A stretch of 64,000 bases of DNA from an uncultured Clostridia bacterium (GCA_964406735.1 CAYOSU010000002.1:1488-65487), one strand, 5' to 3'; shown: positions 9,371 through 20,112, numbered from the stretch's first letter. Translations and numbers: made by a program. Notes: generated from the sequence alone by a model not told the origin.

Positions 9371-11332
9371 TTAGAGCGATTTAGCGATCTTTACGGCGTT
9401 TTCAACCGTAAATCCGAAAGCCTCGAAAAGCTTTGCAGCAGGTGCGGATGCACCGAAGTGGTCGATCGTCAACATCTTGCCGTTCGTGCCAACGTATTTA
9501 TACCAAGGCATAGATACGCCTGCCTCGATAGCCATACGCTTCGTAACGTTTTTGGGAAGAACGCTCTCTTTGTATTCCTCAGACTGCTCTTCGAAGATCT
9601 CTACGCAAGGCATGGATACTACCCTTGCCTTTATTCCCTCTTCTTTGAGTGTTTCCGCAGTCTTGACCGCAAGCTCGACTTCCGATCCCGTTGCGATAAT
9701 GATAAGATCGGGAGTTCCGTCGGTATCAACGAGTACGTAACCACCCTTCATTGCGTTTACGCCGCTGTTTTCATACTGCGGGAGGTTCTGACGGGAAAGT
9801 ACCAAGCAGGTAGGCTTGCCGCTATTCAATGCAATATTCCAAGCACAAACGGTCTCTTTGCCGTCGGCAGGACGAACTACGTTGAGGTTGGGCATTGCAC
9901 GCAATGAAGCCAAATGCTCGATAGGCTCATGCGTAGGTCCGTCTTCACCAACGCCGATGGAATCGTGCGTCAGAACGTAGGTTACGGGAAGTCCCATAAG
10001 GGCGCTCATTCTCATTGCGTTTCTCATATAGTCGGAGAATACCAAGAAGGTGGCGCAGAATACTCTGAGTCCGCCGTGAAGCGCCATACCGTTGGAGATA
10101 GCAGCCATAGCGTGCTCTCTGATACCAAAGTGAATATTTCTTGCAACTCTATCCTCTACGGAGTTGAATGCAGAGGATTTTATCTTCGTCTTGTTTGCAG
10201 GCTCAAGGTCAGCAGAACCGCCGAAAAGGTTAGGAACGGAAGATTCAAGTCTATTTAATACGACGTTACCGCAGTTTCTCGTAGCGTCAGGCTTTTCAAA
10301 GTCGAACATTCCCTCTATCTTAGTGATATCAACGGGATCGTTGCTATGCCATGCCTTGAATTCAGCGGCAAGTTCTGGATAAGCAGCTTCGTATTTAGCA
10401 AAAAGTGCATCGTAATTTTCGTGTATCTTTTTGCCCTTTGCAATCTGTTCGCCTCTGAACTCGTCGATATATTCGGGAAGCTCGAAGGGTGCGTAATTCC
10501 AACCGAGATTTTCACGCATGAGTTTGATGTTTTCCTCGCCCAAGGGTGCACCGTGACAGCTTGCCTTGCCTGCCAAAGGAGAACCGTAGCCGATAACGCT
10601 CGTGCAAATGATGATAGTAGGCTTTTCCGTCTCTGCTTTTGCTTCTTCGATAGCCTTTGTCATCTTATCGACGTCGTTTGCGTCGTCCACCTCTATTACC
10701 TGCCAGCCGAGTGCTTTATGTCTCAAAGCTACATCCTCGGAGAACGTGCAGTTGATATCGCCCTCTATCGTGATGCTGTTTCTGTCGTAGAAAAGTATGA
10801 GCTTGCCGAGCTTATTCGTGCCTGCAAAGGATGCCGCCTCGTTTGCAATACCCTCCTGCAAGCAACCGTCGCCGCAAAGGCAATAAGTATAATGATCGAC
10901 AACGGGGTAACCCTCGCGGTTGAACTTTTCCGCAAGAATGCTCTCTGCATACGCAAAGCCTACTGCGTTTGCAATACCCTGACCGAGAGGTCCTGTAGTC
11001 GTCTCTACGCCCTTTGTGTGCTTATATTCGGGATGTCCCGGCGTGAGGCTGTTGAGCTGTCTGAAATTCTTGATCTCCTCTATCGGCATGTCGTATCCGA
11101 AAAGGTTGAGAAGCGAATATTCGAGCATCGAGCCGTGGCCTGCCGACAATACGAATCTGTCTCTATTGACAAAACTCGGATCGGTCGGATCGACGTTCAT
11201 ATTCTTCCAAATGGTGTAGCCCTCTGCCGCCGCACCGACAGGAAGTCCGGGATGACCGGAATTTGCTTTCTGAATGGCGTCAACGGACAGCATTCTTATT
11301 GAATTGATTACCTGCAGATCTTTGTTATCCAT
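9371..11332 (-). CDS. tkt: Transketolase
   Basis: NSGHPG, DRFVLSAGHGS, TTGPLGQG, GDGCLQEG and THDSIGVGEDGPTHEP motifs. Confidence 0.97.
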   Translation of the reverse strand: MDNKDLQVINSIRMLSVDAIQKANSGHPGLPVGAAAEGYTIWKNMNVDPTDPSFVNRDRFVLSAGHGSMLEYSLLNLFGYDMPIEEIKNFRQLNSLTPGHPEYKHTKGVETTTGPLGQGIANAVGFAYAESILAEKFNREGYPVVDHYTYCLCGDGCLQEGIANEAASFAGTNKLGKLILFYDRNSITIEGDINCTFSEDVALRHKALGWQVIEVDDANDVDKMTKAIEEAKAETEKPTIIICTSVIGYGSPLAGKASCHGAPLGEENIKLMRENLGWNYAPFELPEYIDEFRGEQIAKGKKIHENYDALFAKYEAAYPELAAEFKAWHSNDPVDITKIEGMFDFEKPDATRNCGNVVLNRLESSVPNLFGGSADLEPANKTKIKSSAFNSVEDRVARNIHFGIREHAMAAISNGMALHGGLRVFCATFLVFSDYMRNAMRMSALMGLPVTYVLTHDSIGVGEDGPTHEPIEHLASLRAMPNLNVVRPADGKETVCAWNIALNSGKPTCLVLSRQNLPQYENSGVNAMKGGYVLVDTDGTPDLIIIATGSEVELAVKTAETLKEEGIKARVVSMPCVEIFEEQSEEYKESVLPKNVTKRMAIEAGVSMPWYKYVGTNGKMLTIDHFGASAPAAKLFEAFGFTVENAVKIAKSL

Positions 11333-11345
11333 TTACCTTTGCTCC

Positions 11346-12842
11346 TTATATATATCTTTTTAGGTTATCCGTATTGAGACCTTCATATGAAGATAAAAAT
11401 CCGTATACGGTCTTTGCCATAACGCTTACGCCGCCCTCGTCTTCGCTTTCAAAATTGAGCGGCATTATCGGGTCGTGAAGACTCATTCTCAAAAGACACC
11501 AGCCGTTACCGTGGTCTTTATCGAAATTAACTCGCACGCCCTCGTAATTGGGATATTCAAGCGAAAGTCCCTCTTGATCTTCGACAAACGTCTTGAAATC
11601 ATCCAAGACTTTTTTGCCGTATTCAACAAAATCGGCAAGGTAGAAGGTCATACGAACCTCTACAGCCTCTTTCGGCATTTTCAAATCTTTTATCAAGCTA
11701 TCAAGCGACAAGCCTTTTTTATTGAGCTTTGCAGCCTCTATCAGAAGTCTCGTTACAAGATACGCACCGTCGTCAAGGAAATAGTTCTCTTTGAGTGCGG
11801 CGTGTCCGCTCGTTTCAATCGCAAGCGGCGTATAAACGCCTTGGCTATTTAGCTCTATCGCTTTGTTGATTACGTTCTTATAGCCACGTCTATACCTATA
11901 ATGCTCGCCGCCAAGCTCCGTAATGAACTCTTTTAAGCCGATGCTCGTTATGCTGTCGGTTACTATCGTTCCTTTCTTTTCCTTGAGAAGTATAGCCGAG
12001 ATGAGTGCTATCAAAGCGTTGCGGTTTATTTCCTCGCCGCTTTTTGCAACTATCGCAGCTCTGTCTACGTCGGTATCGAAGATGACTCCAAGGTCAGCGC
12101 CGTTTTTCACTACGCACGCAGAAATGCTATCCATTGCCGTGTGATCCTCGGGATTTGGTATATGATTTGGGAAAGTGCCGTCAGGTTCTAAGAATTGCGA
12201 GCCGTCGGTATCTGCGCCGAGCTCTTTCAATATCTTCTCGTAAAAACCGCCTGCGCCGTTTCCTGCGTCTACCACTATCTTCATACCCTTCAACGGAAGG
12301 TCATCGCCGCAAGAAGTCTTTACGAAATCCGTAAGATGCTTTGAGTACGACGGCATATAGCAAAGGTCGTTGACGGTTCCGCCGACTTTTTTCTCAAGCG
12401 TTGCATCAAAAGCCAAATCTATCAGCTCGTCGATATCGGAAGATTCGAGTCCGCCGCTTTTTAAGAAAAACTTTAAGCCGTTACGCTCCGACGGAAGGTG
12501 GCTTGCCGTTATCATTATCGAACCGTCAAGGGAAACGCTTGCGTTCTGGAGTGCCATGAACATCGACGGCGTTGACGAAAGACCCGTTAAGTATACCTTA
12601 ACACCGTCGTTTGAAAGCGCAGTCGAGAGCGCAGTCTCGATACGTTTGGCAGAAAGGCGCGAATCGTGCCCTATCGCCACGGAAATATCCGTCTTGCCGC
12701 ATTTGTTACGCAAAAACGACGCAAATGCGACGGCAAAACGGGCTATTGCCTCGTCGGTTAGCGTTATATCGCTTTCCTTACCCGATGCGACACCTCTGAT
12801 ATCAGTGCCGCTTTTCAGCTTTTTTAAGTCGAAGTATTCCAT
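11346..12842 (-). CDS. Phosphoglucomutase/phosphomannomutase family protein
   Basis: SGTDIRG, MITASHLP active-site Ser, FDTDVDR metal loop, ETSGH. Confidence 0.92.
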   Translation of the reverse strand: MEYFDLKKLKSGTDIRGVASGKESDITLTDEAIARFAVAFASFLRNKCGKTDISVAIGHDSRLSAKRIETALSTALSNDGVKVYLTGLSSTPSMFMALQNASVSLDGSIMITASHLPSERNGLKFFLKSGGLESSDIDELIDLAFDATLEKKVGGTVNDLCYMPSYSKHLTDFVKTSCGDDLPLKGMKIVVDAGNGAGGFYEKILKELGADTDGSQFLEPDGTFPNHIPNPEDHTAMDSISACVVKNGADLGVIFDTDVDRAAIVAKSGEEINRNALIALISAILLKEKKGTIVTDSITSIGLKEFITELGGEHYRYRRGYKNVINKAIELNSQGVYTPLAIETSGHAALKENYFLDDGAYLVTRLLIEAAKLNKKGLSLDSLIKDLKMPKEAVEVRMTFYLADFVEYGKKVLDDFKTFVEDQEGLSLEYPNYEGVRVNFDKDHGNGWCLLRMSLHDPIMPLNFESEDEGGVSVMAKTVYGFLSSYEGLNTDNLKRYI

Positions 12843-12950
12843 ACGCTTTTATCATACAACATCATTATGAATTTTGCAAATGTTTTTCAAAAACGTTTCT
12901 ATATTCAATTCTTAAATAATAGAATGTATTATCTGATCAGGAGGACAACT

Positions 12951-14411
12951 ATGAAAAAATCTATAATCTGCACTGTGATCGCAGCTATAATGCTTGCCTT
13001 TTCTCTTTTCTCCTTTTCGTCATGCGAAAAAGTCGAGAAGACGAGCTATACGGCTGACGTCGTTTTTGACGACGAGCGTATGTCTATCGACTGCACGCTT
13101 GACGTGGTGTTCGTGAATACGTACGACTTTGACGTCGAGACGCTTTGCTTTAATACTTACGGCAATGCTTACAGGGAAAACGCAAAGATGTCGCCCATAC
13201 CGCCCGAAAAGACGTACGAGGCGTATTACGGCAAGAAAAGTTATGGGTATATAGACGTTAAGGAGTGCTATATCGATGGCGAAAAGGCAACACATGCAAT
13301 GAACGGCGAGGACCTGAATTTACTTTGCATAAGCTTAAACGAGCCGCTGAAAAGCGGCGAGTCTGTTAAAGTTCGAATCGAGTTCTCGGAATCTCTTTCT
13401 AAGGTCAAGCACAGGCTCGGTTACAACGAAAAAACGGTCAACTTCGGAAACTTTTTGCCCGTTCTTTGCGTATACGAGAACAATAGCGCAATCGAATGCC
13501 CGTATTATTCAATAGGCGATCCGTTCTACTCGGAAGTTGCTGATTATACGGTGAAGATCAAAACACCGTCGGAGTATACGATAGCGGCAAGCGGCGAATG
13601 CACGGACGCACTTTTAGGCGGACGGTTTACTACTTATACCTACAAGCTTGATAATGCGAGAGATTTTGCTTTCTTTGCGTCAAAAAACTTTAACGTCGTG
13701 TCGGGCAAGGTGGACGGCGTAACGCTTAATTACTATTACGTTTCAGACGACGACCCGTCAAGGTCGTTTGAAGTTGCGGCGGACGCACTACATACCTTTA
13801 AATCACTGTATTGCGAATATCCGTATAAGACGCTTGCCGTCGTTGAGTCCCCTCTCGTTTTCGGCGGCATGGAATATCCGTCGATATGCCTTATTGCAGA
13901 CGACCTGCAAGGGAATGAGAAAACAGAGTCTATCGTTCATGAGATAGCGCATCAATGGTGGTACGGACTCGTCGGAACGAACGAAGTCGAAAACGGCTTT
14001 ATCGACGAGTCGCTCGCACAATACTCCGTAGCACTGTTTTTTGACGAGAACGCTAAATACGGCACAACAAAAACAGACTATCTTGAGAGCTTACAAAAGG
14101 ACTTGGAGACTTTTAAGAAAGTATATAAAATAACAGGTAAAAAGCCCGATATGACCGTAAAACGGGCAATCTACGACTATTCTACGACGTACGAATACAC
14201 TATCGTGAATTATTGTTATGCGCCGATACTTTTAGACGAGGTACAGGAAATAATCGGAAAGGATGCGTTTATCGACGTATTAAAAGGTATTGTAAATGAC
14301 TACGCATTTAAGAATATCGGATACGATGAGTTTATCAATGCATTTAAGGCGTATAGCAAGATAGACGGCTCGTGCATATTGGATAATCTATTTAAGGGAA
14401 ACATAACGTAA
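12951..14411 (+). CDS. M1-family zinc aminopeptidase, probable lipoprotein
   Basis: GGMEYP, HEIAHQWW and DESLAQY motifs; signal peptide ending in Cys; AGGAGG RBS before ATG 12951. Confidence 0.9.
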   Translation: MKKSIICTVIAAIMLAFSLFSFSSCEKVEKTSYTADVVFDDERMSIDCTLDVVFVNTYDFDVETLCFNTYGNAYRENAKMSPIPPEKTYEAYYGKKSYGYIDVKECYIDGEKATHAMNGEDLNLLCISLNEPLKSGESVKVRIEFSESLSKVKHRLGYNEKTVNFGNFLPVLCVYENNSAIECPYYSIGDPFYSEVADYTVKIKTPSEYTIAASGECTDALLGGRFTTYTYKLDNARDFAFFASKNFNVVSGKVDGVTLNYYYVSDDDPSRSFEVAADALHTFKSLYCEYPYKTLAVVESPLVFGGMEYPSICLIADDLQGNEKTESIVHEIAHQWWYGLVGTNEVENGFIDESLAQYSVALFFDENAKYGTTKTDYLESLQKDLETFKKVYKITGKKPDMTVKRAIYDYSTTYEYTIVNYCYAPILLDEVQEIIGKDAFIDVLKGIVNDYAFKNIGYDEFINAFKAYSKIDGSCILDNLFKGNIT

Positions 14412-14414
14412 AAT

Positions 14415-14446
14415 AAAAGCGGCAAGCTAAATAGCTTGCCGCTAAA
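14415..14446. terminator. Intrinsic terminator between convergent genes
   Basis: AGCGGCAAGCTA-aa-TAGCTTGCCGCT inverted repeat. Confidence 0.8.
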
Positions 14447-14456
14447 TCTTTTTATA

Positions 14457-15014
14457 TTAAAGCTTATCGTTCTTCCAGCAGTTGTAACACATACCGATAT
14501 ATAGCTCATTACCGCCTATTTCTACCTGATTGCCCTCACGGACTATCTTGCCGTTGTTAAGCCTTGCATTTACCTCTGCCTTTCTGCCGCACTTGCATAC
14601 AGACTTTATTTCGGTAAGAGAATCGGCAAGCTCAAAAAGACGTTTGCTTCCCGGGAACATATACGTTCTGAAATCGGTCTTTAAGCCAAAGCAGATAACG
14701 GGTACAAACTCGCAGGCAACGTCTTTCAGCTGTTCTACCTGAACGGGAGTCAAAAACTGCGCCTCGTCAATTATCAAGACCTGATAATCGGTCGTCTTGA
14801 ACCAGTCGTATAGATTCATATCATCGGCTATCATGATGCACTTACCCTTTAAGCCGATACGGGACTTTAACTCGCCGTATTCGTCACGAGAATCCACCGA
14901 TGGCTTCATCAATGCAACCTTATAACCCTTCTCTTCGTAGTTGAATTTTACCATAAGCGCATTAGCGGTCTTGCTCGATCCCATTGCGCCGTACTTAAAA
15001 TATAGCTTTGGCAT
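14457..15014 (-). CDS. tdk: Thymidine kinase
   Basis: YGAMGSSKT, IDEAQF, FGLKTDF and C-terminal Zn-binding cysteines. Confidence 0.95.
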   Translation of the reverse strand: MPKLYFKYGAMGSSKTANALMVKFNYEEKGYKVALMKPSVDSRDEYGELKSRIGLKGKCIMIADDMNLYDWFKTTDYQVLIIDEAQFLTPVQVEQLKDVACEFVPVICFGLKTDFRTYMFPGSKRLFELADSLTEIKSVCKCGRKAEVNARLNNGKIVREGNQVEIGGNELYIGMCYNCWKNDKL

Positions 15015-15153
15015 TTTTACTTCTTCCTTGTGTTAGTAACTCCATTATACAGGCAAAAGTCAGTTTTGTAAATACTTTAAGCGAGAAATAAAAGGTATGA
15101 TTTTTTTAGCATTTGAGATAACTATTCGCAAAACTTTTGAAATCTGCGAATAG

Positions 15154-17331
15154 TTAGATGATTTTGACTGCAAGAACGGTCATATCGTCATTTACTTCAC
15201 CGCCATTGCACTCAATAGCAGTCTTAATAAGCTCATCCGATATCTCTTGCGGAGAAAGCGCTTTGGCTTTTTCGATATAATACGCAGAACACTCTTTTAA
15301 GGCATCGTATACCCCGTCGGACATTATTACCAATATATCCCCTATGCTTATTGAAACCGTCTTTATTTCGGGCGTAACGTCGTCTAATATGCCGACGGGA
15401 AGCGAGCTTCCAGAAAGTTCTATTACTTTCTCTTTGACCAAAAAGGTGGGTGGCGTTCCAAGCTTCATTATTAACGCACTCATATTTATCGGATCGACAG
15501 TAACTACGTCCGTTGCCGAAAAGGCCTCGTTTCCGTTTGTCTCGACTACGGAATTTACTATCGGGCAGATCACGTCGCAAGAAAAACCAGCCTTAAACAA
15601 GTCCTCGATTACGTTTACGGTGCGTTCGGACGCTTCGCTTGCCTCTTTGCCCGTTCCCATACCGTCGGATATTGCCAAAATATAGGTATTATCAGACAGT
15701 TTCTCAACGATATAATTATCGCCCGAGCTTGCCTTTTCTCCGCCTTTAGAAATACGAGAAACGCCTACTACGACTTCGCATTCGGGTCTTGGGAAATACG
15801 TTATAATGCCCTCTTTAGTTGCCTTACCTGCCTTCATTTTAACACCGCAAGCACTGCTTATCACCTTTGTCAAAAGCTTTTTGTTTACAGCATCATCCAA
15901 TACCACCTTTACGGACGGCGTTCCGTTTTGCGTTTTTACACAGTAGACCTCCTTTGCGGTTATTCCGTTCAGCTTTAGTTCCTCGTATATATCGAGCTCT
16001 AACGCTCTATCAAAATCTATGCTTTTATTGAGCTTGCTCGCCTCAAAGGAAAGTGCGTCCGAAAGACCTGAGAAAAGCTTGTTTAACGTCGCATTAAACT
16101 CAGCTCGCTCCTTTTGCTTTAAGGAATCGGCGTTTGCGCGCATAGCAGTTGAGTTTACGGTATTTATCAGCCGTTCGGTCGAACGGCAATTTGAATATAT
16201 ACTATCGCCCAGATCGAGCATATTTATGCTGCCCTTTGATATCGCCAAAACGGCAAGTGGCTCGAAGTATTCGGCGTGCTTTTTTAATATCTTGCATTTA
16301 TCCCTATGCTTGCAGTATCCGCACGACTTTACGCACTCGTTTACTATCCTATTCGGTATATTCTCGCTCTTTAAGTCGTACTTTATCGATCTAGCCAAGT
16401 CTTTGTATATATCGGAAAGCTCCTTTATTCTCTTTGAAGACCTGTCAAGCGCCTCTTTTATAAGCCCGTCGATCGTTGCCGTAAAAGGCTTTATTACAGT
16501 AGCTTTTTCGGGGAAAATGTAAAGCGACAGCGCACCGATCGAAAAGAAAAGTATTGCTATTACACTTTCGGACGTTTCTATTTTGCAAAGATATCTGAGA
16601 ATAATATTTTCGGCTATCAGGGAAACAGGCAATAGCTTTTCGGCTCTTCCGACAAATAAGTACGACGTTATCGCAAAAATCGCTATTGCAAGCAAGAAAT
16701 CGCTCTCTTTTGTTGCGATATATGCAGCTATTGCAAATATCAATGATGGAAAAACTCCTCTTTCTCTGCCCAAATATCTCGCTGCAAGCCCTGTTATTAT
16801 AGGAATAAAAAGGCTAAGCAAACAGACTCCGAAAACTTTTATCCCGGAAAGCCCAAGAGAAAAGCAAAACACAACTACGGATAGTGCAATAAAATCGGAG
16901 TCTATCGCCAGTTCAAAGCTATCGTCAAACAGGCGTTTTGAAAAATAGAAGGCTATAAGGCAAGAAAGCGCAGACGTTATTGCGCCATAAAGCGTTATTC
17001 CGAAAAACAATTGCCTTAATACGCCGAAAAGAAGTGCAAATACAAGCTCTAAAACTTGTTTTAATCTTCCGCTTGAAAGCTTTAATAAATAAGAAGAGAT
17101 TGCAAATATGAGCGTTAAAGCTAGGCTTCCGTATAGCTTTACACCACCGTTTATGAAATTTACACAAAACGTAAACAGCGACGGTATTATTACGTTTCCT
17201 CCCACTGTCATTGCTATCAAATAGCCGTTTGAAAGGTCTATTCCGAAGTATCCGCCAAACGAGATCGTTATTGCTACCGCTCCGTATAAAGCGAGTGTTA
17301 TATATTTTTTGCCGTTGATTTTCATAACCAA
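15154..17331 (-). CDS. spoIIE: Stage II sporulation protein E (membrane PP2C phosphatase), divergent
   Basis: N-terminal TM block, central Cys cluster, PP2C motifs AISDGMGTG, MSDGVYD and DDMTV. Start is uncertain (TTG 17331 or ATG 17325). Confidence 0.8.
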   Translation of the reverse strand: MVMKINGKKYITLALYGAVAITISFGGYFGIDLSNGYLIAMTVGGNVIIPSLFTFCVNFINGGVKLYGSLALTLIFAISSYLLKLSSGRLKQVLELVFALLFGVLRQLFFGITLYGAITSALSCLIAFYFSKRLFDDSFELAIDSDFIALSVVVFCFSLGLSGIKVFGVCLLSLFIPIITGLAARYLGRERGVFPSLIFAIAAYIATKESDFLLAIAIFAITSYLFVGRAEKLLPVSLIAENIILRYLCKIETSESVIAILFFSIGALSLYIFPEKATVIKPFTATIDGLIKEALDRSSKRIKELSDIYKDLARSIKYDLKSENIPNRIVNECVKSCGYCKHRDKCKILKKHAEYFEPLAVLAISKGSINMLDLGDSIYSNCRSTERLINTVNSTAMRANADSLKQKERAEFNATLNKLFSGLSDALSFEASKLNKSIDFDRALELDIYEELKLNGITAKEVYCVKTQNGTPSVKVVLDDAVNKKLLTKVISSACGVKMKAGKATKEGIITYFPRPECEVVVGVSRISKGGEKASSGDNYIVEKLSDNTYILAISDGMGTGKEASEASERTVNVIEDLFKAGFSCDVICPIVNSVVETNGNEAFSATDVVTVDPINMSALIMKLGTPPTFLVKEKVIELSGSSLPVGILDDVTPEIKTVSISIGDILVIMSDGVYDALKECSAYYIEKAKALSPQEISDELIKTAIECNGGEVNDDMTVLAVKII

Positions 17332-17455
17332 AAGTTTATACCTAAATTTTTAAGAATAATTGCTTTTGTGGTCGAAAATCAAAGAATATTTGAGGTGTCC
17401 TTTTTATAAGACTAAAACAGTTGCAAGAATGCACCTGTTGGTTTATAATAAACAT

Positions 17456-17959
17456 ATGATTGCGATAAACGTCGACAAAACTATTGCTTTTACAGGGCAC
17501 AGAATATTAGAAGACCCAAAAGAGGTCATCGAAAAGACCGTTTCTAAAGCTGTTATGCGCTACGTCGAAAACGGCTTTGATACCTTTCTTTGCGGCATGG
17601 CGCCAGGGTTCGATCTATTATGCGGAGAAATTATCAATTCACTCAAAAAAGATGGCGTAAAAATACGGCTAGTTTGCTGCATACCTTATGAAAACAGCAA
17701 GAAGTCCTTTACAAAAAAAGACAAGGTGCTTTTCGACGAAGTAGCGGCTTTTGCTGACGATACCGTGATCCTTTCTAAAAACTATTACAACGGTTGCTTC
17801 CACGCAAGGGATAAATTCATGGTAGATAACGCAAGCGTCGTTATCAGCTACAAAACGAGAGACAATTCGGGCACGGGCTTTACGACAGCTTATGCTGCGA
17901 TGCTGAACAAAAAAATACTTGACGTTAAGGCACTTATCGATAACGGAGAATGCAAATGA
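17456..17959 (+). CDS. SLOG superfamily / YspA (DUF1273)-like protein
   Basis: IAFTGHR, GMAPGFD, RDKFMVD and SGTGFT motifs; start taken at ATG 17456, just downstream of a -10 box. Confidence 0.8.
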   Translation: MIAINVDKTIAFTGHRILEDPKEVIEKTVSKAVMRYVENGFDTFLCGMAPGFDLLCGEIINSLKKDGVKIRLVCCIPYENSKKSFTKKDKVLFDEVAAFADDTVILSKNYYNGCFHARDKFMVDNASVVISYKTRDNSGTGFTTAYAAMLNKKILDVKALIDNGECK

Positions 17960-18669
17960 TAATAGACTGCGTTTTTGAACATAACGGCAACGACACATTG
18001 CTTTTTGCTTCAAATTTCCCCGGAGCTTTCACTCGAGGTGAGAACTTGGAAACAGCAACTGCAAAAATGAGCGATGAAGTAAAATCTTACCTTAAATGGA
18101 AGGGTGATATTATCCCAAACGAAATTTCCGTACGCATTATTCAGGACGTTCCCTCTATCCTTCAAATCGCAGATGCGGATTCAGACTGTATCTTCAAGTC
18201 GGAAAAAGGTCCTATCACGCTAGCCGAATATGCCAAGCTCAAAGCGTTGGCATTGAAATCAGCCGCAGATCTTTTGTATCTTTTTGAGGCTATCCCCGAT
18301 AAAAGCAAAGAACTTTTGAAAAAACGTTCTACTTTTTACGGTAACATACCTACGACTGCTGACGAGATCTATAATCACACCAAGAACGTCAATGAGTATT
18401 ATTTCGGCGAGATAGGCGTTATTGCAAGTAACGACGGAGATATTTTAAGTATTAGAGAACAAGGCTTTTTTGAGCTTGAAAAACGGTTAGAAGAATATCT
18501 CGAAAACTCGACTTTTGACGGAAGCTACGGCGAGATCTGGTCTTTGAAAAAAGTATTCAGGCGTTTTATATGGCACGACAGAATACATGCTAAAGCTCTT
18601 TTCAGGGCGGCTACGAGAGTTTTTGACAAAGACGCAATCCCAAATCCGTTTTACTTTAATGAAAATTAA
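17950..18669 (+). CDS. Conserved protein with HicB-like N-terminus and DinB-like C-terminal helix
   Basis: FPGAFTRGENLETA (HicB-like) and WSLKKVFRRFIWHDRIH (DinB-type His motif); overlaps the upstream gene. Confidence 0.6.
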   Translation: MQMIIDCVFEHNGNDTLLFASNFPGAFTRGENLETATAKMSDEVKSYLKWKGDIIPNEISVRIIQDVPSILQIADADSDCIFKSEKGPITLAEYAKLKALALKSAADLLYLFEAIPDKSKELLKKRSTFYGNIPTTADEIYNHTKNVNEYYFGEIGVIASNDGDILSIREQGFFELEKRLEEYLENSTFDGSYGEIWSLKKVFRRFIWHDRIHAKALFRAATRVFDKDAIPNPFYFNEN

Positions 18670-18679
18670 ATTGTTTAAC

Positions 18680-18712
18680 AAAAAACACCGAACGGCATTC
18701 GTTCGGTGTTTT
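18680..18712. terminator. Bidirectional intrinsic terminator
   Basis: AAAACACCGAACG-gcatt-CGTTCGGTGTTTT. Confidence 0.85.
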
Positions 18713-18724
18713 CATAATATTTTC

Positions 18725-19678
18725 TTAAAGAATCGTTGCAACGCCGTTAGTAAAGCGGAAGTTACGCATTACCTTTCCTTTTATCTTATCCGCAGAAATT
18801 ACCTCTTCAAGAGCTTTTACGTCTTCATCGCTCAGCTCGACATTGAGAGCGTCGATCGCACTTTGAAGATGGTTTGGCGAGGTCGTACCTATAAGGCTTT
18901 GAACGTTATCATATTTTGCTAAAGACCAAGCGATCGCTATCTGCGACAACGAACAGCCTTTTTCGATCGCTATATCGTTTACTTTTTGCAAAACCGAGAG
19001 GTTTTGTTCTCTGTTTTCGGGCGACAAAAGTCCCATTGCCATACGAGGATTTTTTACCCCTTCAGTCAGAATATTGTCTGTCAACAATCCATGCCCGACA
19101 GTTCCGAAAGCAAGCACCTTAACGCCAAGCTCATTAGCTGCCGCTATAAGTTCTTTCTCTATTTCTCTATCAATAAGCGAATAAGCAACTTCGACGGTAT
19201 GTATCGGATGTACATTGCAAGCACGGCGAAGCGTTTCCGCATCGACCATAGAAAGACCTATGTTCTTTACGTAGCCTGCTTTTACAAGCTCAGATATCGC
19301 ACCAACGACGTCTTCTACGGGAATTTCTGTATCCATTCTTGCAGGCTGATATAGATCTACGTAGTCAAGACCCAAGCGACGCAAGGAATACGTTAAATGC
19401 CCCTTGATATTGAACGGTTTTACGTCTAAGCCATAAATTCCACCCTGCGGAGAGGGCAAAACACCGAATTTGACAGAGAGGAAGTATTTGTCACGGTCAA
19501 CTCCCTTGAGCACTTTGCCTACAATCATTTCACTTTCACCGGAATTGTAGAACTCTCCCGTATTGAAGAGAGTTATGCCGCTTTCTAATGCGTAATTGAT
19601 CGTATCGATTGAATTTTGCGGATTGCGGTAGCAGGACATTCCCATGCAACCAAGTCCTAAACGAGATAGATCTGCCAT
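18725..19678 (-). CDS. Aldo/keto reductase
   Basis: LGLGCMGMS, SLRRLGLDYVDLY, IGLS and LIGTT motifs. Confidence 0.92.
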   Translation of the reverse strand: MADLSRLGLGCMGMSCYRNPQNSIDTINYALESGITLFNTGEFYNSGESEMIVGKVLKGVDRDKYFLSVKFGVLPSPQGGIYGLDVKPFNIKGHLTYSLRRLGLDYVDLYQPARMDTEIPVEDVVGAISELVKAGYVKNIGLSMVDAETLRRACNVHPIHTVEVAYSLIDREIEKELIAAANELGVKVLAFGTVGHGLLTDNILTEGVKNPRMAMGLLSPENREQNLSVLQKVNDIAIEKGCSLSQIAIAWSLAKYDNVQSLIGTTSPNHLQSAIDALNVELSDEDVKALEEVISADKIKGKVMRNFRFTNGVATIL

Positions 19679-19701
19679 ATTTTTCTCCTTATTATTTATT
19701 A

Positions 19702-20112
19702 TTAAAGCTTGATAAGCTCAGTTTTGAAATTACTGAACCACTGCGCTTCAAAGCCTGCGAATTTCAAGATGCAATAATCGGGGTCGGTTACACCTTTTTT
19801 GTAAAAACGAGTGAAAAAGGGCTTCCAAAACTGCGATTTTGTGGGCTGATCGGTCAAGACCTGCATCTCGCCTTTTATCTCAACACCTTGAAATGATTGC
19901 CCTTTCGAGAAGAAATAAACGCACGCTTTGGGATTATTACGGTAATGCTTTACCTTTCTTGAAGAAGTGTACGTCGCAAAATATATATTGTTGCCGTCGA
20001 TAAAAACGGGCTGTATCAACGCCCTCGTTGCAGGATAGCCGTTCTCGTCTACCGACGAAATGATCGATGTCCTTTGCCTTGATATATAATCAATTACGCC
20101 TTGTCTTGTCAT
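19702..20112 (-). CDS. Pyridoxamine 5'-phosphate oxidase-like (FMN split-barrel) protein
   Basis: SVDENGYP, IYFATYTSSRKV, NNPKACVYF and GVTDPDYCILKF motifs. Confidence 0.85.
   Translation of the reverse strand: MTRQGVIDYISRQRTSIISSVDENGYPATRALIQPVFIDGNNIYFATYTSSRKVKHYRNNPKACVYFFSKGQSFQGVEIKGEMQVLTDQPTKSQFWKPFFTRFYKKGVTDPDYCILKFAGFEAQWFSNFKTELIKL

Noticed and set aside
10346-11302. 318-aa plus-strand ORF
   Set aside because: Antisense shadow of transketolase.
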